Below, piece by piece: positions 18,681-29,728 of a stretch of 64,000 nt of DNA. The notes below the pieces were generated by a model, which was not told the origin of the DNA, searched no databases, and saw nothing but the letters and a program-made list of their open reading frames with translations. Within the stretch, counting starts at the first letter, position 1. Every line of letters starts with the position of its first letter. Source of the stretch: Pseudomonadota bacterium (GTDB lineage: Bacteria; Bdellovibrionota_B; Oligoflexia; Oligoflexales; RGVZ01); NCBI GenBank assembly GCA_041178085.1, contig JBEGVZ010000056.1, positions 1-64,000 of the forward strand, in the 5' to 3' direction. Position numbers and translations under genes: made by a program.

Positions 18681-19178
18681 ATGCGCAGGTTTATTTCCGG
18701 TCTCGTGGTCGTCGGGGCAAGCGTCGTATTTGCATCGAGTGCATTGGCTAATCCCATTAAAAAAGTTGCGATCAATCCTGTCCCGGTCAAGACGCTGACG
18801 GATGGGGTTCAGATGCGCGCAGCAGCGGATGAGAAGTCTGAAGTCCTTGCTACGCTCCCCAAGGGTGAAAATCTCACTGCGATCTCTCGCAGTGGAGCCT
18901 ACTGGAAAGTGAAGAACGCCGCAGGCAAGGAAGGTTTCGTTCCTGTAACCAGTGTTCAAACCAAGGCCGGCACCAATGCGGTCAAGGCAGCTGCCACTGA
19001 GGCAGGGGCGCAGGCCAAAGAAGCTGCGTCAGCGGTTCAGGGTATTGTTGGAGAAAAAGCTGCTGAAGTGAAGGCGCAGCAAGGCGCGGCGCCAGTTGCA
19101 CCACAAGTCAAGGCCCCGGAAGTGAAGGCTGAAAAGCTGGAAAAGGCCGCGAACAAATTGTTCAACAAGAAGAAGTAA
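18681..19178 (+). CDS. Secreted SH3b-domain protein with Ala/Lys-rich tail
   Basis: Signal peptide ALA|N; MRAAADEKSEVLATL...YWKV...EGFV; GGAGG RBS. Confidence 0.8.
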   Translation: MRRFISGLVVVGASVVFASSALANPIKKVAINPVPVKTLTDGVQMRAAADEKSEVLATLPKGENLTAISRSGAYWKVKNAAGKEGFVPVTSVQTKAGTNAVKAAATEAGAQAKEAASAVQGIVGEKAAEVKAQQGAAPVAPQVKAPEVKAEKLEKAANKLFNKKK

Positions 19179-19199
19179 TCAAGCGACCGGTAAGCGCAG

Positions 19200-19232
19200 T
19201 CCCCCGTGGCTTGCGCCGCGGGGGATTTTTTT
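19200..19232 (+). terminator. Rho-independent terminator between the convergent SH3 and tkt genes
   Basis: TCCCCCGTGGC-TTGC-GCCGCGGGGGA followed by a T-run. Confidence 0.75.
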
Positions 19233-21255
19233 ATCGCCACCACTTCCTGATTCGTTCCGCAACCTTTGTCGCGGTGAAGCCATATTCTTCGGCAAGTTGC
19301 TCCATCGGAGCGCTTGCACCAAAATGATCCAGGCCGATATTCAGACCATCGAAGCCCGTGAACTTTTGCCATCCAAGTGTGACGCCAGCCTCAAGGGATA
19401 CGCGTTTCCGGCAAGACGACGGCAGGATGGTTTCCTTCCACGATGCGGATTGTTGCTCGTAAAGCTCCCAGCATGGCATCGAAACAACGCGTATCTTCAT
19501 TTGCGGAGCCGATTTTTCAAGCAAGGCAGCGGCCTCCAGCGCAAGACTGACTTCGGACCCCGTTGCGATGAATATGGCATTGAAGTCAGTGGCGTCTTTC
19601 ACCACCCAAGCCCCTTTGCGCGCTTGTTCCAGTGCCTTGTCGTCGCCCGGGAGTATCGGCAGTTTCTGGCGACTCAGACAGATTGCGGATGGTGCTGACA
19701 GCTTCAATGCTTCTTCCATCATGATCTGGGTCTCAAAAGCGTCGGCTGGGCGCATCACGAAAAAGTCGGGGATTGCGCGCAGGCTCATCAGATGCTCGAC
19801 CGGCTGGTGGGTCGGCCCGTCTTCTCCAAGGTAAAACGAGTCATGGGTGAATTCGTGGATCACGCGGCAGCGCTGAATTGCGCCCAGCCGCAATGCCGGG
19901 CGGGAATAGTCCGCGAAGGTCAGGAAAGTTGCATCGAAGGGAATAACTCCGCCGTGCAAAGCCATGCCGTTGGCGATTGCCGACATCGGAAACTCGCGGA
20001 CACCGAATGCCAGATTGCGCCCGAGCGGATTTTCACGGGTGAAATCGCCGGTTTTTTTTGCGAACGCGCCGGTCATGTTTGAAGGCTCCAGGTCGGCGCT
20101 TCCGCCCATCAGGCTCGGGATGCTGTCAGCCCAGCCCTTGAGGACATCGCCGAATGCATTGCGTGTCGCCACCGGTTTGTCTTTTGGCCACACCGTCGGG
20201 GTGATTTTTGACACGTCAAGTTGACCGAAGTGCTGGTCATGGGCGGTACGGAAATCCATGTTGGTTTCAAGCCGCTGTTGCAACTTCGCGTGCCATTCGC
20301 GGGCCTGTGTGCGCAAATTTTCAAAGCGTCGCTGGTAGTGCGCCCGCACAGCTTCTTCCACGTAGAAATCCTGATCTGCTGGCAATCCGAGTGACGCCTT
20401 CGTCTTTTGGCGTTCTTCCGCAGGGAGGGGAGCGCCGTGGGTTTCATGGTCACCTTCCATGGTGGCGCAGCCCTTGGCCATGATGGTTTCACCGATGATC
20501 AGGCGTGGTTTAGTCTGGGCACCTGCACTACCCATAACCTTGCGCAGTGCTGCGTGGTCATGTCCATCCACCTTGATCACTTCCCAGCCAAATCCCTTGA
20601 AGATCAGTTCCTCGTCGTCCGAGGTCGCACGATCAATGGCCCCCGATATCTGCTGGCGGTTTTTGTCGTAGAACCACGTCAAGTTGGACAGGCCAAGGTG
20701 CCCCGCCAACGAAGCTGCACCCAAGGTGACGTCCTCCTGCATACAGCCGTCTCCGAGCAGCACCCAGGTGCGGTGACCGTACAGTTTATCGCGGGAAGCT
20801 CCGTCGAGCTTGGCCGACAAATGGCGCGCCGTGATGGCGAACCCCACCGACATTGCGGCACCCTGACCGAGCGGGCCTGTGGTGCACTCGATGCCGGGCG
20901 TCATGTGATTTTCCGGATGTCCCGGTGTTTTGCTGTGTAGCTGGCGGAAACGCTTGAGTTCGTCCATCGCAAGCCAGCCGTTCATGTGTAGCAGCGAATA
21001 GATCAACATGGACTCATGGCCGGCACTCAGGATGAACCGGTCCCGCCCCATCCAGTTGGCATCGTCAGGATCGAAATTCAGGAACTCCGTGAACAACAGA
21101 TAAGCGAAGTCCATCGACGACATCGCCCCACCCGGGTGGCCTGATTTGGCTTTGTTGACACCGTCAATGACAAGGCCCTTGAGGGTGGCAATCGTTTTGA
21201 GGTCTATGGGGTTGTTCCCGCCATGGGTTCCGTGGCCGGCTGCATTCTGGGTCAT
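19231..21255 (-). CDS. tkt: Transketolase
   Basis: SGHPGGAMS, RDRFILSAGH, TTGPLGQG, GDGC, FGVREFPM, THDS..GEDGPTHQP. Confidence 0.98.
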   Translation of the reverse strand: MTQNAAGHGTHGGNNPIDLKTIATLKGLVIDGVNKAKSGHPGGAMSSMDFAYLLFTEFLNFDPDDANWMGRDRFILSAGHESMLIYSLLHMNGWLAMDELKRFRQLHSKTPGHPENHMTPGIECTTGPLGQGAAMSVGFAITARHLSAKLDGASRDKLYGHRTWVLLGDGCMQEDVTLGAASLAGHLGLSNLTWFYDKNRQQISGAIDRATSDDEELIFKGFGWEVIKVDGHDHAALRKVMGSAGAQTKPRLIIGETIMAKGCATMEGDHETHGAPLPAEERQKTKASLGLPADQDFYVEEAVRAHYQRRFENLRTQAREWHAKLQQRLETNMDFRTAHDQHFGQLDVSKITPTVWPKDKPVATRNAFGDVLKGWADSIPSLMGGSADLEPSNMTGAFAKKTGDFTRENPLGRNLAFGVREFPMSAIANGMALHGGVIPFDATFLTFADYSRPALRLGAIQRCRVIHEFTHDSFYLGEDGPTHQPVEHLMSLRAIPDFFVMRPADAFETQIMMEEALKLSAPSAICLSRQKLPILPGDDKALEQARKGAWVVKDATDFNAIFIATGSEVSLALEAAALLEKSAPQMKIRVVSMPCWELYEQQSASWKETILPSSCRKRVSLEAGVTLGWQKFTGFDGLNIGLDHFGASAPMEQLAEEYGFTATKVAERIRKWWR

Positions 21256-21302
21256 GGACTAAATCCCGCCTGATGGGTGTGCGATCAACTTTGTTCCGGA
21301 GA

Positions 21303-22391
21303 TTAGAACAAATCGCGCTCGGCGGGAAGTCGATCTGCAGAGGGCGTTTCCTTCAGATTTACGGTCACGTAGAGGAACCCTCTTCCGCGCCGGTAAACCT
21401 TGAGGCGCAGGCGTTCCGCCGGGGATTTGCCGGACAGGATGCGCTGCATGTGGTTCAAGTCGGTGACTTTCTCCTGGTCGCAGGCCACCACCAGGTCTCC
21501 AAGGCGCAGCCCCGCGCGGGCCGCCGGCCCATCCACCACCAGGTTGGTGATCAGGAATCCGTAAACCCCGTCGGCCCGGGACTCCCGGTCTTGCATGTCT
21601 GCAATGTCGTCATCCGACAGGAGGTTCTTGCCGACCACTCCCAGAAACGCCCGCCGAACCTTACCGAATTTCTGCAGGTCGGTGATCACCTGGCGGGCCA
21701 TGTTGGACGGGATGGCGAATCCGATACCAGCCCCCTCGCTGCTGATGGCGGTGTTGATGCCAATCACTTGGCCCTTCATGTCGATCAGGGGCCCGCCTGA
21801 ATTGCCGGGATGGATGGTGGCGTCCGTTTGCAAAAAATTGTCATAAGGCCCAGCCCCGATCACGCGTCCCTTCGCTGAAATGATCCCGCTCGTTACCGTG
21901 TGGGAAAAACCGAGTGGGTTGCCGATTGCCAGCACGGGATCCCCGATCCGCAACTTGTCCGAGTCGCCCATTTTCAGCGCTGTGAGCGCTGAACGTGGGG
22001 TGACGCGCAGCAGGGCCAAGTCGGTCTTTGGGTCACGGCCGACGACCTTGGCACGGATCTTCTGGCGGCTATTGGCGAACAATACATCGATTTGGGAAGC
22101 CCCCTCGATGACATGGTTGTTGGTCAGAATGTGCCCTTCGTTGTCAACGATCAGCCCCGAGCCAATCGAATGGGACGACATCTGCGGCACCTTGCCGTTA
22201 AAAAAATACTCATAAATGTCTGCCTGCGGGTTTGCCCGTTTGCGATAAGACGTCGTCCGGATGTTCACCACACCAGGGATCGCCGCCTCCGAAATGTCAG
22301 CAAAAGTTGACACTGGTTGGGGCGCCGCGGAGCCGGCGAGACTTGCTGCTGCAGTCGCCAGTAGCATGGTGATGCGATGAATCTTACGCAT
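21303..22391 (-). CDS. HtrA/DegQ-family serine protease (trypsin + one PDZ)
   Basis: LTNNHV, KTDLAL, PGNSGGP triad; C-terminal PDZ GPAARAGL. Confidence 0.93.
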   Translation of the reverse strand: MRKIHRITMLLATAAASLAGSAAPQPVSTFADISEAAIPGVVNIRTTSYRKRANPQADIYEYFFNGKVPQMSSHSIGSGLIVDNEGHILTNNHVIEGASQIDVLFANSRQKIRAKVVGRDPKTDLALLRVTPRSALTALKMGDSDKLRIGDPVLAIGNPLGFSHTVTSGIISAKGRVIGAGPYDNFLQTDATIHPGNSGGPLIDMKGQVIGINTAISSEGAGIGFAIPSNMARQVITDLQKFGKVRRAFLGVVGKNLLSDDDIADMQDRESRADGVYGFLITNLVVDGPAARAGLRLGDLVVACDQEKVTDLNHMQRILSGKSPAERLRLKVYRRGRGFLYVTVNLKETPSADRLPAERDLF

Positions 22392-22475
22392 GTAATGATC
22401 ATAGCCCAACGTCCGCCCAGATGTGACACCCGCTGGCATGAACGGTGCAAACCGCTACAAAAGGAGGAATTGGTG

Positions 22476-22976
22476 ATGTTGTACAAAAATATTGTTTCAT
22501 CTGTCGTGACCGCAGGGTGTCTTTGGACGGGATCAGTTTTTGCCGCGAACAACCGTGTGGTCTGCGTGGCCGACGGCAACACGCTTGGCCGCGAAGGGCT
22601 GGGTCTTACCGAAGCAGTCGCCAACTTTGAATTTGTTGATACCAAGGATACGAAGGGGCGACGGGTGCTGCGCGATTTCCGCGGCGAAGTTGTGACGGAT
22701 CCGGCCAACGAGAGGCATGAAGGGTCCTACATTGGCCGATTTAAGATCGACGAGGCGGTTGAGGACGTCACATATCGTCCCCGGGTTTATATCGGCTTCT
22801 CACAGTTTGAGGGGATCGAGGCGGTCGATACCGAGGGCAGCGCCGAGGCCGGCATGGACGGCGTCTTTCTGCTTGAGAAGGATACTTCGCGACCCCATTT
22901 TGCTGCCAAGTTTCTGATGAAAGCCGGCAGTCACATGGGTGGCACGCTACATCTGGGTTGTCACCGGGTTCGCTGA
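22476..22976 (+). CDS. Secreted hypothetical protein
   Basis: AGGAGG RBS, signal peptide VFA|A, terminal Cys pair. Confidence 0.6.
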   Translation: MLYKNIVSSVVTAGCLWTGSVFAANNRVVCVADGNTLGREGLGLTEAVANFEFVDTKDTKGRRVLRDFRGEVVTDPANERHEGSYIGRFKIDEAVEDVTYRPRVYIGFSQFEGIEAVDTEGSAEAGMDGVFLLEKDTSRPHFAAKFLMKAGSHMGGTLHLGCHRVR

Positions 22977-23612
22977 TCCAAAAACATGGGTCGGACGGGT
23001 GAGGAAATCCTGGTCCTCGCTCCGTTGCAAGGAAAGCCACCTGTCGGGGACCTCTCCTTCGTCTGCCAAGGGGACGAGGAGGTTCCTTCCCTGAGCATCC
23101 GCATGGCCGGGCGGATGGACGGGTCTATGGCCGGCATGTCCCAGGGCATTTTCCAGGTGCCTGTCGACCAGCCAGATCCGCACATCCGCACTGCTGAAAA
23201 TTTCTACACCCTCGATAAATTCAAAATCATCTCGGGCGCGATGGATGGCTACCGATGGCGTGGCGAGCCCGTCCAGAGCTGAAGGCTTGTGCAAGGTGAC
23301 ACGCACGCTTTCTGGGCGGGCGCGGTGCCGGCAAGGCGCCAGCAGAAACGCCGCGACCGCCTCCGCGGCTGTCTCAAGGAGGTGGAACCTCCCGTTTTGA
23401 ATGAGTAATCTGATATCTCGCGCGACCTTCGCGTAATCGATGCTTTGGCTCAGGTCCAGGCTGGTGGCGGCTGCCCGGGTATCGACCTGCATCGCCAGGT
23501 CAACGTCAATCGGCTGGGGATGGAGCCTTTCGTGAGGATACACCCCGATGACGGCCTGCAGCCGCAGGCGGCTAAGGCTTACCCAGTCGGAGGTTCTCGG
23601 GGCGAATGGCAA
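22947..23612 (-). CDS. folB: Dihydroneopterin aldolase with C-terminal extension
   Basis: IGVYPHER..PQPIDVDL, SIDYAKV, LLETAAE, KPSA. Confidence 0.85.
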   Translation of the reverse strand: MPFAPRTSDWVSLSRLRLQAVIGVYPHERLHPQPIDVDLAMQVDTRAAATSLDLSQSIDYAKVARDIRLLIQNGRFHLLETAAEAVAAFLLAPCRHRARPESVRVTLHKPSALDGLATPSVAIHRARDDFEFIEGVEIFSSADVRIWLVDRHLENALGHAGHRPVHPPGHADAQGRNLLVPLADEGEVPDRWLSLQRSEDQDFLTRPTHVFGSANPVTTQM

Positions 23613-23800
23613 TTTCAGGCCTTTTTGCGACTTTTCGGAACGATCGGAAACCAGAGTGACCGGCTTACCTCATGCCGTTTTCTAATGAAAGCGGGATTAT
23701 GGACTTGGGGGGCCGCATCCGCGATAATGGATAGAATCGATATAAGCGCAATTCCGGGTGCTTACGCCAGCTGATCCCCCCACTGGAGAAATTTCAAGTC

Positions 23801-26800
23801 ATGTTGGAAAACGGGACGCTTTTGATTCGCCGGGTCGTGCTGTTTACGGTCGCCGCATTGGTCGGCTCGCTGTCTGCAGGCTTCGGCGGCATGTCGGTCG
23901 TGTATGCAATGGTTTTCCTGGGTGATGACGCGCACCTCAAGAAGTCCACGATCATGGCGCGCATCAACGAAGAGACAACCATCTTCTGTCAGGATGAGCA
24001 GACCCATATCGGCAGCTTCTTTAACACAGAGCACCGGCGCTACGTTCCGATTGAGGAAGTACCGCCTGCGATGATCAATGCCATCGTCGCGGCCGAGGAC
24101 AAGAATTTCTTCAAGCACTCTGGTGTCGATCCGGTAGCGATCGTCAAGGCATTCGCTGAAGGCTTGCAGGGAAGACGCTTCCGGGGTGGTTCAACCCTGA
24201 CACAGCAGACCGTCAAGAACATCATGGACCGCTGGGAATACTCGCTCGGTCGCAAGATCCGCGAGGCGATCGCAGCGCTGCAGCTGGAACGGATGTACGA
24301 CAAAAAGCAAATCCTTGAGTTCTACCTGAACCAGTTTCATGTCTCGGGCAATGGCACGGGGATTGGTATCGCAGCGAAGTATTACTTCAACAAGGAAGTG
24401 AAGGACCTGGACCTGGTTGAGGCAGCCTTCATTGCTGGATCCGTCAAGGGGCCCGGGAAATACGACCCTTTCATCAAATACACGGTCGAGCGCCGCGAGG
24501 AGGCGATCAAAAACGCCTTTGAGCGAAAGAACTATGTTTTGCGGCGGATGTTTGAACAAGGCTGGATCAAGGAAGAGGAATTTCAGGAAGCAGCGACAAA
24601 ACCAGTGCCATTCAATCGCGGCAGCTTCCGCACTTCCGAGGTCGCGACGGTCAGCTTGATCCGATCTCAGCTGGATCGCAAAGAGATCCTGGAAGCGCTT
24701 AACATGGAGACGGTCGACGAGTTGAACTCGGCCGGGCTCAAGATCTACACGACGATCGACTGCGGCATGCAGGAAGGTGCCCAGTTGGCCATGCGCCGTA
24801 ACCTTTCCCGACTTGAGACAATTCTGGGGGGATATGCGCCAGAAGCAGCCGATAAGTTTGTCCGACAGCGCGACCTGAGCCTGAATGATTTTTACTACGG
24901 CAAGGTCGAGCAGGTTGTGAAAAACCCGAACAATGCATCGGTGCGGGTATCGTTTGGATTGTCCAACGGTACCATCCCGCACGAGGCGCTCGTCAGGTAT
25001 GCGAAGCTTCTCGACCTGCCCCTGCTGCAGGGACCGCAGGTGCAGTTGAAGAAGCTTCTCGACTCAATCAAGCCGGGGGACATCGTCTTCACCGAAGTGA
25101 AGGAGTACGACAAGGAGAAGCACGAGGCCATTCTGGAAATGCAGAAGCGCCCGAAGATCAACGGGGGCCTCCTTGGCATCGAGAAGGGCGAAGTCCGTTC
25201 GGTGGTGTCCGGATTCGATTCCCTCGGGTATAACCGCGCCGTTTTTGCCAAACGCCAGCCTGGTTCCGTATTCAAGTCCGTGGTTTTCTATGCGGGGCTT
25301 CAGCTCGGCTGGTCGGTCCTGGACCGGCTGGACAACGAGCGCCAGATTTTTCCCTACCAGTCACGCCTGTACTTCCCCCGTCCAGACCATCCGTCGCCCT
25401 ATAAAGAGACGTCGATGATCTGGGCGGGAACCATGTCCGAGAACCTGGCGTCGGTTTACCTGGCGGCTCACCTTGTAGACAAGTTGAACTACGATCAATT
25501 CAAGCAAGTCATGGGCGGGTTAGATCTGCTTCCGCACAGCGGTGAAGGAGTGACGGACTACCACTTCCGTGTCGCCCGTACGACCGGTGTCCAGCTCGAC
25601 AACGAAGGCGTGCGCGAATTCCAGTTGCAAAATGCGATTGCGGATGTGGCACCGGACCTGGTTTTTGCCGGGCAGCCGGACATGCTGCGCAAGTTGAACA
25701 AGATGTGGTGGGGAAGGGGCTATATCTCCGAGCTGCAGAACATATTCAGCCGTGGCAAGGACAACGTCCCGGCCTATGAAAAGGCTCTTCGCCTGGGCCT
25801 TGTGCGCAACAACTACCTGCGTTTTGCCGGGATTTCCTCTGAGCTGGCCAGTGATTGGCAAACGATCAGTAAAAAGGTTTCAGAGAAAGGGATTGAGGGA
25901 GCTTTTGGTGACCCTGCGATCCAGCATATCTGGAAACGCTTTAAGGTGCTTGCCGGTGTCGGTGCCCGTCCCCAGCTGGGATACTTCGCCAGCCTTGAGG
26001 GGGAAGACCCACGCCGTGAATTCAAGAACCGTGCGGACCTTGAGCGAATTGCAGTGGTTCCGGGACGCGCGCTCAACTTGCTTGATGCCCAGGCAATCTG
26101 GAGCAGCGGCGTTTTCGTTACGGCTGATATCCAGCTGGGCGATGTACTGCTCGATGGCTATTTGCCGCTCAACACATTCAACAGGCTACAGAAAGCCATC
26201 AACGAGCGCTTTGACGCGATCATGGCGCAGCAGTCCGAATATGACCTGCACCGTTACTACCAGCACCATGATTTCCGCATGACGGTGGGTCTGCGCTACC
26301 TGGTCGAATTGAGCAAGGCCATGGGGGTTCAAAGCAAGCTCGAGCCAGTCCTGTCTTTCCCCCTTGGCACCAACGACGTCACCGCAGCTGAAGTCGCGAA
26401 GGTTTACCAGACGTTTGTCAGCGGGAAGATTTACCGGTTTTACAAGGACGGTCCGGTCAACCAGCTAAACTTTATCCGCAGGATTGAGGACCGTTTTGGC
26501 GCGAAGCTTTTTGAGCCAAAGGTCCAGGAATACCAGTTGGTCAACGCGCAGTTGTCGGCACCGATGCGCGAAATCCTCAAGCGAGTCGTCACCCATGGCA
26601 CAGGCAAGCGTGCGCGCGGTGAGCTATGGGTCCAGGTTGGCGGCGGTGCCCCTGAGGCTGCCGGGGCACCCCCTGCAGATGCTGCAACAGGCGATAAAGG
26701 GGCGCGTATCCGCATGCCTGCTTTCGGTAAGACCGGTACGACCAACGATTACAACAATGCCTATTTTGCCGGATTTTTCCCGATGCCCAAGGCCAAGGGT

Positions 26801-27616
26801 AACGCCATGCAGTTTGAGGACAACATGACCATCGCTTCATACGTTGGTTATGACTTGAACAAACAGATGCGCCGCGGCGGCATCAAGGTGACGGGTGCGG
26901 TCGGAGCGTTGCCCGTGTGGATCGACTACGCCAAGGTGATCATCGACAAACGCAAGTTTGCGGAGCTTGTGGATCCGGTTGATATCGAAGTGATGACCAG
27001 CGGTGAGTGGCCGATGGTCTATGAAAAGGGCGTGGGATCGATCAACGTTGACTTGCCGCGCGGGACTTTGCTGCGCGGGGCGGATTCCGGTCCGGCCGAG
27101 GTTTTTGCCACGACCAACATCGAGAAGACCGGTGAAAATCCGGACAACGAGTTCGCCGTGGGTGCACAGGTTAACGCTGTTATCCGCATCCCTGTTGAGC
27201 GAGACGGGGCGCAGCGCCTGTTCTCTCTATTCAAGGCGCCAGTAGACGCTTCACGCTTCAACACCGGAGGGCCTGGAGCGGCACCCGTGCAGGTCGACGA
27301 CAAGCGTTTGCCAGGTGGTAACTTGCCGTTGAGCGTTCTTGGGGATTCCCCCAGCGGAACTGTGGCGACGCCGGATCCTGCAGCGGCGGCAGCGGCTGAT
27401 GCCGACGATCTGATGCCGCATACGGCGGACGTGGATGAAATCAATACCGGCAAGAAGCCTGCAGAACCCAAGGGCGCCAAGCTCAACAACCCTCCCGAGC
27501 AGCCCATCAAAGGCATCAGTTCGGGGGATGGGGATCTTCCCCGCCTTGGCATTCCGGCGCCCAGGGTGGATCCACCAGCAGGCAAGCCGAAGTCCGAGGA
27601 CGACGATCTCTGGTAG
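23801..27616 (+). CDS. Class A penicillin-binding protein (PBP1A-like), unusually long
   Basis: TG motifs EDKNFFKHSGVD, GGSTLTQQ, RKIRE; TP motifs SVFK, SEN, KTG. Confidence 0.93.
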   Translation: MLENGTLLIRRVVLFTVAALVGSLSAGFGGMSVVYAMVFLGDDAHLKKSTIMARINEETTIFCQDEQTHIGSFFNTEHRRYVPIEEVPPAMINAIVAAEDKNFFKHSGVDPVAIVKAFAEGLQGRRFRGGSTLTQQTVKNIMDRWEYSLGRKIREAIAALQLERMYDKKQILEFYLNQFHVSGNGTGIGIAAKYYFNKEVKDLDLVEAAFIAGSVKGPGKYDPFIKYTVERREEAIKNAFERKNYVLRRMFEQGWIKEEEFQEAATKPVPFNRGSFRTSEVATVSLIRSQLDRKEILEALNMETVDELNSAGLKIYTTIDCGMQEGAQLAMRRNLSRLETILGGYAPEAADKFVRQRDLSLNDFYYGKVEQVVKNPNNASVRVSFGLSNGTIPHEALVRYAKLLDLPLLQGPQVQLKKLLDSIKPGDIVFTEVKEYDKEKHEAILEMQKRPKINGGLLGIEKGEVRSVVSGFDSLGYNRAVFAKRQPGSVFKSVVFYAGLQLGWSVLDRLDNERQIFPYQSRLYFPRPDHPSPYKETSMIWAGTMSENLASVYLAAHLVDKLNYDQFKQVMGGLDLLPHSGEGVTDYHFRVARTTGVQLDNEGVREFQLQNAIADVAPDLVFAGQPDMLRKLNKMWWGRGYISELQNIFSRGKDNVPAYEKALRLGLVRNNYLRFAGISSELASDWQTISKKVSEKGIEGAFGDPAIQHIWKRFKVLAGVGARPQLGYFASLEGEDPRREFKNRADLERIAVVPGRALNLLDAQAIWSSGVFVTADIQLGDVLLDGYLPLNTFNRLQKAINERFDAIMAQQSEYDLHRYYQHHDFRMTVGLRYLVELSKAMGVQSKLEPVLSFPLGTNDVTAAEVAKVYQTFVSGKIYRFYKDGPVNQLNFIRRIEDRFGAKLFEPKVQEYQLVNAQLSAPMREILKRVVTHGTGKRARGELWVQVGGGAPEAAGAPPADAATGDKGARIRMPAFGKTGTTNDYNNAYFAGFFPMPKAKGNAMQFEDNMTIASYVGYDLNKQMRRGGIKVTGAVGALPVWIDYAKVIIDKRKFAELVDPVDIEVMTSGEWPMVYEKGVGSINVDLPRGTLLRGADSGPAEVFATTNIEKTGENPDNEFAVGAQVNAVIRIPVERDGAQRLFSLFKAPVDASRFNTGGPGAAPVQVDDKRLPGGNLPLSVLGDSPSGTVATPDPAAAAAADADDLMPHTADVDEINTGKKPAEPKGAKLNNPPEQPIKGISSGDGDLPRLGIPAPRVDPPAGKPKSEDDDLW

Positions 27617-27653
27617 TGACGAGCCCCCCCTAAAACCTTTACAGTTTGCCTTT

Positions 27654-27681
27654 GGCCCCGCGAAGTGGGGCCTTTGTCTTT
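27654..27681 (+). terminator. Rho-independent terminator after PBP1A
   Basis: GGCCCCG-CGAAG-TGGGGCC then TTTGTCTTT. Confidence 0.6.
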
Positions 27682-27700
27682 CATGTGGAGGAGTCGGGCC

Positions 27701-29227
27701 ATGGCCAGGAAGCATGCAAATCCCAACGAGAAAGGTTCACCCGTCCAGTTCAAGTCGCGTTACGCCAATTTCATTGGCGGCGAGTGGGTACCGCCTAAAT
27801 CCGGCAAGTACTTTGAGAACCTGACCCCCGTTACCGGCAAGCCATTTGCGGAAATTCCGCGCTCCGATCATCACGACATCGAAATGGCCCTGGACGCGGC
27901 TCACCGTGCGAAGGTGTCGTGGGGGCGGACCTCTGTGGCGGATCGCAGCAACATCCTGCTCAAGATCGCTGACCGCATGGAACAAAATCTGGAGATGCTG
28001 GCAGTGGCAGAGTCTTGGGACAACGGCAAGCCCATCCGCGAAACGCTGGCTGCCGACATTCCCCTGGCGATTGATCACTTTCGCTACTTTGCCGGCTGTA
28101 TCCGGTCGCAGGAAGGATCCATCGCGGAGATCGACCACGACACGATTGGCTATCACTTCCACGAACCCCTGGGGGTGGTAGGTCAGATCATTCCCTGGAA
28201 TTTCCCGCTGCTCATGGCCGCTTGGAAGCTCGCTCCGGCGCTGGCTGCAGGAAATGCAGTCATCTTGAAGCCGGCCGAGCAAACGCCTGCCGGGATCCTG
28301 CTCTGGGCAGAACTGATCGGCGATCTTTTACCACCCGGTGTGCTCAACATCGTTAATGGTTACGGTCTGGAGGCTGGCAAGCCGCTGGCGAGCAGCAAGC
28401 GTATCGCCAAGATCGCGTTCACCGGGGAGACTTCGACCGGGCGCCTCATCATGCAATACGCGTCGCAAAACCTGATTCCTGTGACCCTTGAGCTTGGCGG
28501 CAAGTCCCCCAACATCTTTTTTGCCGATGTCATGCAAAAGGATGACGAATTCCTGGACAAGGCTCTTGAGGGATTCACGATGTTTGCCTTGAACCAGGGG
28601 GAAGTGTGCACTTGTCCCTCGCGGGCCCTGGTAGAGGAATCGATCTACAAGGAATTCATGGCCCGGGCCGTAGAACGTGTGAAGAAAGTCAAGCAGGGGC
28701 ACCCTCTCGACGAATCAACGATGATCGGGGCTCAGGCTTCGTTGGAGCAAGTGGAAAAGATCTTGGGTTACATGGACATCGGCCGCCAGGAAGGGGCGGA
28801 GTGTCTGGTTGGTGGGAACCGGGCAAAGCTGTCGGGCGAACTGTCGGGTGGATATTACGTCGAACCGACGGTTTTTAAGGGCAACAACAAGATGCGGATC
28901 TTCCAGGAAGAGATTTTTGGGCCGGTGGTCTCTGTCACCACTTTCAAGAACAAGGAAGAGGCCCTGGCAATCGCCAACGATACCCTTTATGGGCTTGGTG
29001 CCGGCGTCTGGACGCGGGACGTCAATACGGCGTACCGGTTTGGACGCGAGATCCAGGCGGGGCGCGTATGGACCAACTGCTACCACGCTTATCCTGCGCA
29101 TGCGACCTTCGGCGGTTACAAGCAGTCCGGGATCGGGCGGGAGACCCACAAGATGATGCTTGATCATTACCAGCAAGTGAAAAACATGCTGGTCAACTAC
29201 AACCCGAAGAAGCTCGGGTTTTTCTAA
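27701..29227 (+). CDS. aldB: NAD-dependent aldehyde dehydrogenase (AldB/AcoD type)
   Basis: [47 protein letters not shown]. Confidence 0.9.
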   Translation: MARKHANPNEKGSPVQFKSRYANFIGGEWVPPKSGKYFENLTPVTGKPFAEIPRSDHHDIEMALDAAHRAKVSWGRTSVADRSNILLKIADRMEQNLEMLAVAESWDNGKPIRETLAADIPLAIDHFRYFAGCIRSQEGSIAEIDHDTIGYHFHEPLGVVGQIIPWNFPLLMAAWKLAPALAAGNAVILKPAEQTPAGILLWAELIGDLLPPGVLNIVNGYGLEAGKPLASSKRIAKIAFTGETSTGRLIMQYASQNLIPVTLELGGKSPNIFFADVMQKDDEFLDKALEGFTMFALNQGEVCTCPSRALVEESIYKEFMARAVERVKKVKQGHPLDESTMIGAQASLEQVEKILGYMDIGRQEGAECLVGGNRAKLSGELSGGYYVEPTVFKGNNKMRIFQEEIFGPVVSVTTFKNKEEALAIANDTLYGLGAGVWTRDVNTAYRFGREIQAGRVWTNCYHAYPAHATFGGYKQSGIGRETHKMMLDHYQQVKNMLVNYNPKKLGFF

Positions 29228-29228
29228 G

Positions 29229-29726
29229 ATGGGAAAGTTACCTCCGATCCCGGCAACGCTCAGGACATTTCTGGCCGCATGTGCCGGGATGTTCGCGGGC
29301 TATTGGCTGGCTCAGACGTTTTCCTTGTCGCTGGCACCAGCAATGGCCGGTCCGGCGACAGTTCAAGACGGCATAGTGACCGCGAAGTTGTTCAAGATTG
29401 TCGATGCCAAGGGCCGGCAGAGGATTCTTTTTGGCACATCCCAAGAGGGCAGTCCGGGCATCTGGTTCTTCGACCAGAATGGAAAGTCACGCCTGAACAT
29501 CGGGATATATCCTGACCAGAATGCCTTCGTCGTCCTGAACGATGAAAGAGAGCAGGCTGCAGAAATTCTTCGCACAGTGGGTGCGAAGCAGTCTCCCGTT
29601 TTGGTCATGAAGGCAGATGCCCGTGACCGGATCGTCATGGGGCTCAACTTCAACGGCAAGGGCGAGCCATTTTTTGTCCACTACGACGAACATGGCAACA
29701 AAAAGACCTTGTTCGGGAACTACTGA
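29229..29726 (+). CDS. Membrane-anchored beta-hairpin-repeat hypothetical protein (paralog A)
   Basis: N-terminal hydrophobic segment; repeated ..D..G..R.. units. Confidence 0.6.
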   Translation: MGKLPPIPATLRTFLAACAGMFAGYWLAQTFSLSLAPAMAGPATVQDGIVTAKLFKIVDAKGRQRILFGTSQEGSPGIWFFDQNGKSRLNIGIYPDQNAFVVLNDEREQAAEILRTVGAKQSPVLVMKADARDRIVMGLNFNGKGEPFFVHYDEHGNKKTLFGNY

Positions 29727-29728
29727 TC

